From the NCBI GenBank assembly GCA_016871995.1, contig VHBL01000003.1:60001-92000 (forward strand): DNA of 32,000 nucleotides, read 5' to 3'. The DNA is from Nitrososphaerota archaeon. Its GTDB lineage: Archaea; Thermoproteota; Nitrososphaeria; Nitrososphaerales; UBA57. Positions within the stretch are counted from its first letter, which is position 1; each line of letters starts with the position of its first letter. Positions 31,477-32,000 of this stretch are shown here, in pieces. The notes beneath the pieces were generated by a model. It saw nothing but the letters and a program-made list of their open reading frames with translations, searched no databases and was not told the DNA's origin. Position numbers and translations under genes: made by a program.

Positions 31477-32000
31477 ATGATAAAGATGGATAGCCGCGTT
31501 ATGCACATGTTCGAAACCTTCTTGGAAGAGGACTATAGGAGAGGGGACATCACGACTGATGCGGTAATTGCGAAAGGTCAGACTGCGGATGCAGAAATAA
31601 TCGCCAAGGAAGATTGCGTCGTTGCAGGGCTCGCAGAAGTACTCTTCTTTATGAAGCAGAAGGGGCTGAAGAATGAACAGAAAGTTTCTGACGGCAAACT
31701 GGTTACAAAAGGCACGGTAGTTGCAAAAGTGTCGGGAGACGCAAGGGAGTTGCTCGCTCTTGAGAGGGTCTCCTTGAATATTATCAGCCATCTAAGCGGT
31801 ATAGCGACTGCTACATCAAAGGCAGTTTCTATCGCAGAAAAGGCCAGAGAGGGCGTAAGGATTGCAGCCACAAGAAAGACAACTCCGGGCCTAAGGTTGC
31901 TGGAGAAGAAGGCCGTCATGCTTGGGGGAGGAGACCCGCACAGGGTAGACCTGCAGGACATGGTTCTGATAAAAAATAATCACATCGAGGTTGTTGGAAG
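31477..32000 (+). CDS. nadC: nicotinate-nucleotide (quinolinate) phosphoribosyltransferase, 5' part (runs off the window)
   Basis: It is not in the ORF track because it is open-ended. My translation is MIKMDSRVMHMFETFLEEDYRRGDITTDAV...LERVSLNIISHLSGIATAT...ATRKTTPGLRLLEKKAVMLGGGDPHRVDLQDMVLIKNNH. The boxes DITT, ER..LN....SGIAT, TRKT.PG.R, GGG..HR and IK.NH are all present. Confidence 0.85.
   Translation, partial: MIKMDSRVMHMFETFLEEDYRRGDITTDAVIAKGQTADAEIIAKEDCVVAGLAEVLFFMKQKGLKNEQKVSDGKLVTKGTVVAKVSGDARELLALERVSLNIISHLSGIATATSKAVSIAEKAREGVRIAATRKTTPGLRLLEKKAVMLGGGDPHRVDLQDMVLIKNNHIEVVG

Noticed and set aside
31447-31961. Two minus-strand ORFs (114 and 127 aa) at the right edge
   Set aside because: The plus strand here encodes an unmistakable NadC N-terminal half (DITT, SGIAT, TRKTTPG, GGG..HR). 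The minus ORFs are its antisense shadows.

Overview
Gene-dense archaeal chromosomal segment. It is archaeal because it carries the exosome subunit Csl4, a DRG/TGS GTPase, TATA-like promoter boxes and a class-II tRNA with a non-canonical intron. It is probably Nitrososphaerota/Thaumarchaeota, an inference from one exported protein ending in a PEF-x + TM + basic tail that resembles the PEFG-CTERM signal. Layout: (1) 1-8492 is a glycan-biosynthesis island. It holds a GDP-D-glycero-alpha-D-manno-heptose module (nucleotidyltransferase tail, hddA, gmhA, gmhB, chained by overlapping stop/start codons) plus a GT2. This module converges on a minus-strand operon: SAM methyltransferase, PIG-L deacetylase, extended SDR, two GT-B glycosyltransferases and a polytopic membrane protein. 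(2) 8564-10820 is a decayed virus-derived patch with a DNA methyltransferase stub, a Gly/Ala-rich membrane protein, and a 5'-truncated terminase large subunit broken into three reading frames. (3) Two inverted paralogues of exported quinoprotein-like (PQQ-repeat) beta-propellers lie at 11023-13112 (split by a 1-nt frameshift) and 24790-27162 (intact). Both end in a K-E-V-x tetrapeptide-repeat stalk of different copy number and a conserved C-terminal membrane anchor. (4) The genes between and after them are mostly core: pheA, ilvE, csl4, tRNA-Leu(GAG), a Kelch protein, bcp, an FtsX-type permease, a GNAT, a GT-C-like membrane protein, a DRG GTPase, lysC, hom and partial nadC. Observations most worth follow-up: a 401-aa CysRS-family enzyme that lacks the C-terminal anticodon-binding region, has Asp in place of a zinc-ligand Cys, and is translationally coupled to a GNAT (MshC/MshD-like architecture); the heptose module in an archaeon; the repeat stalk plus conserved C-terminal tail; a D-loop intron in tRNA-Leu; and a 2TM-domain gene interrupted by an in-frame TGA. 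No CRISPR array, rRNA or intact mobile element was seen.
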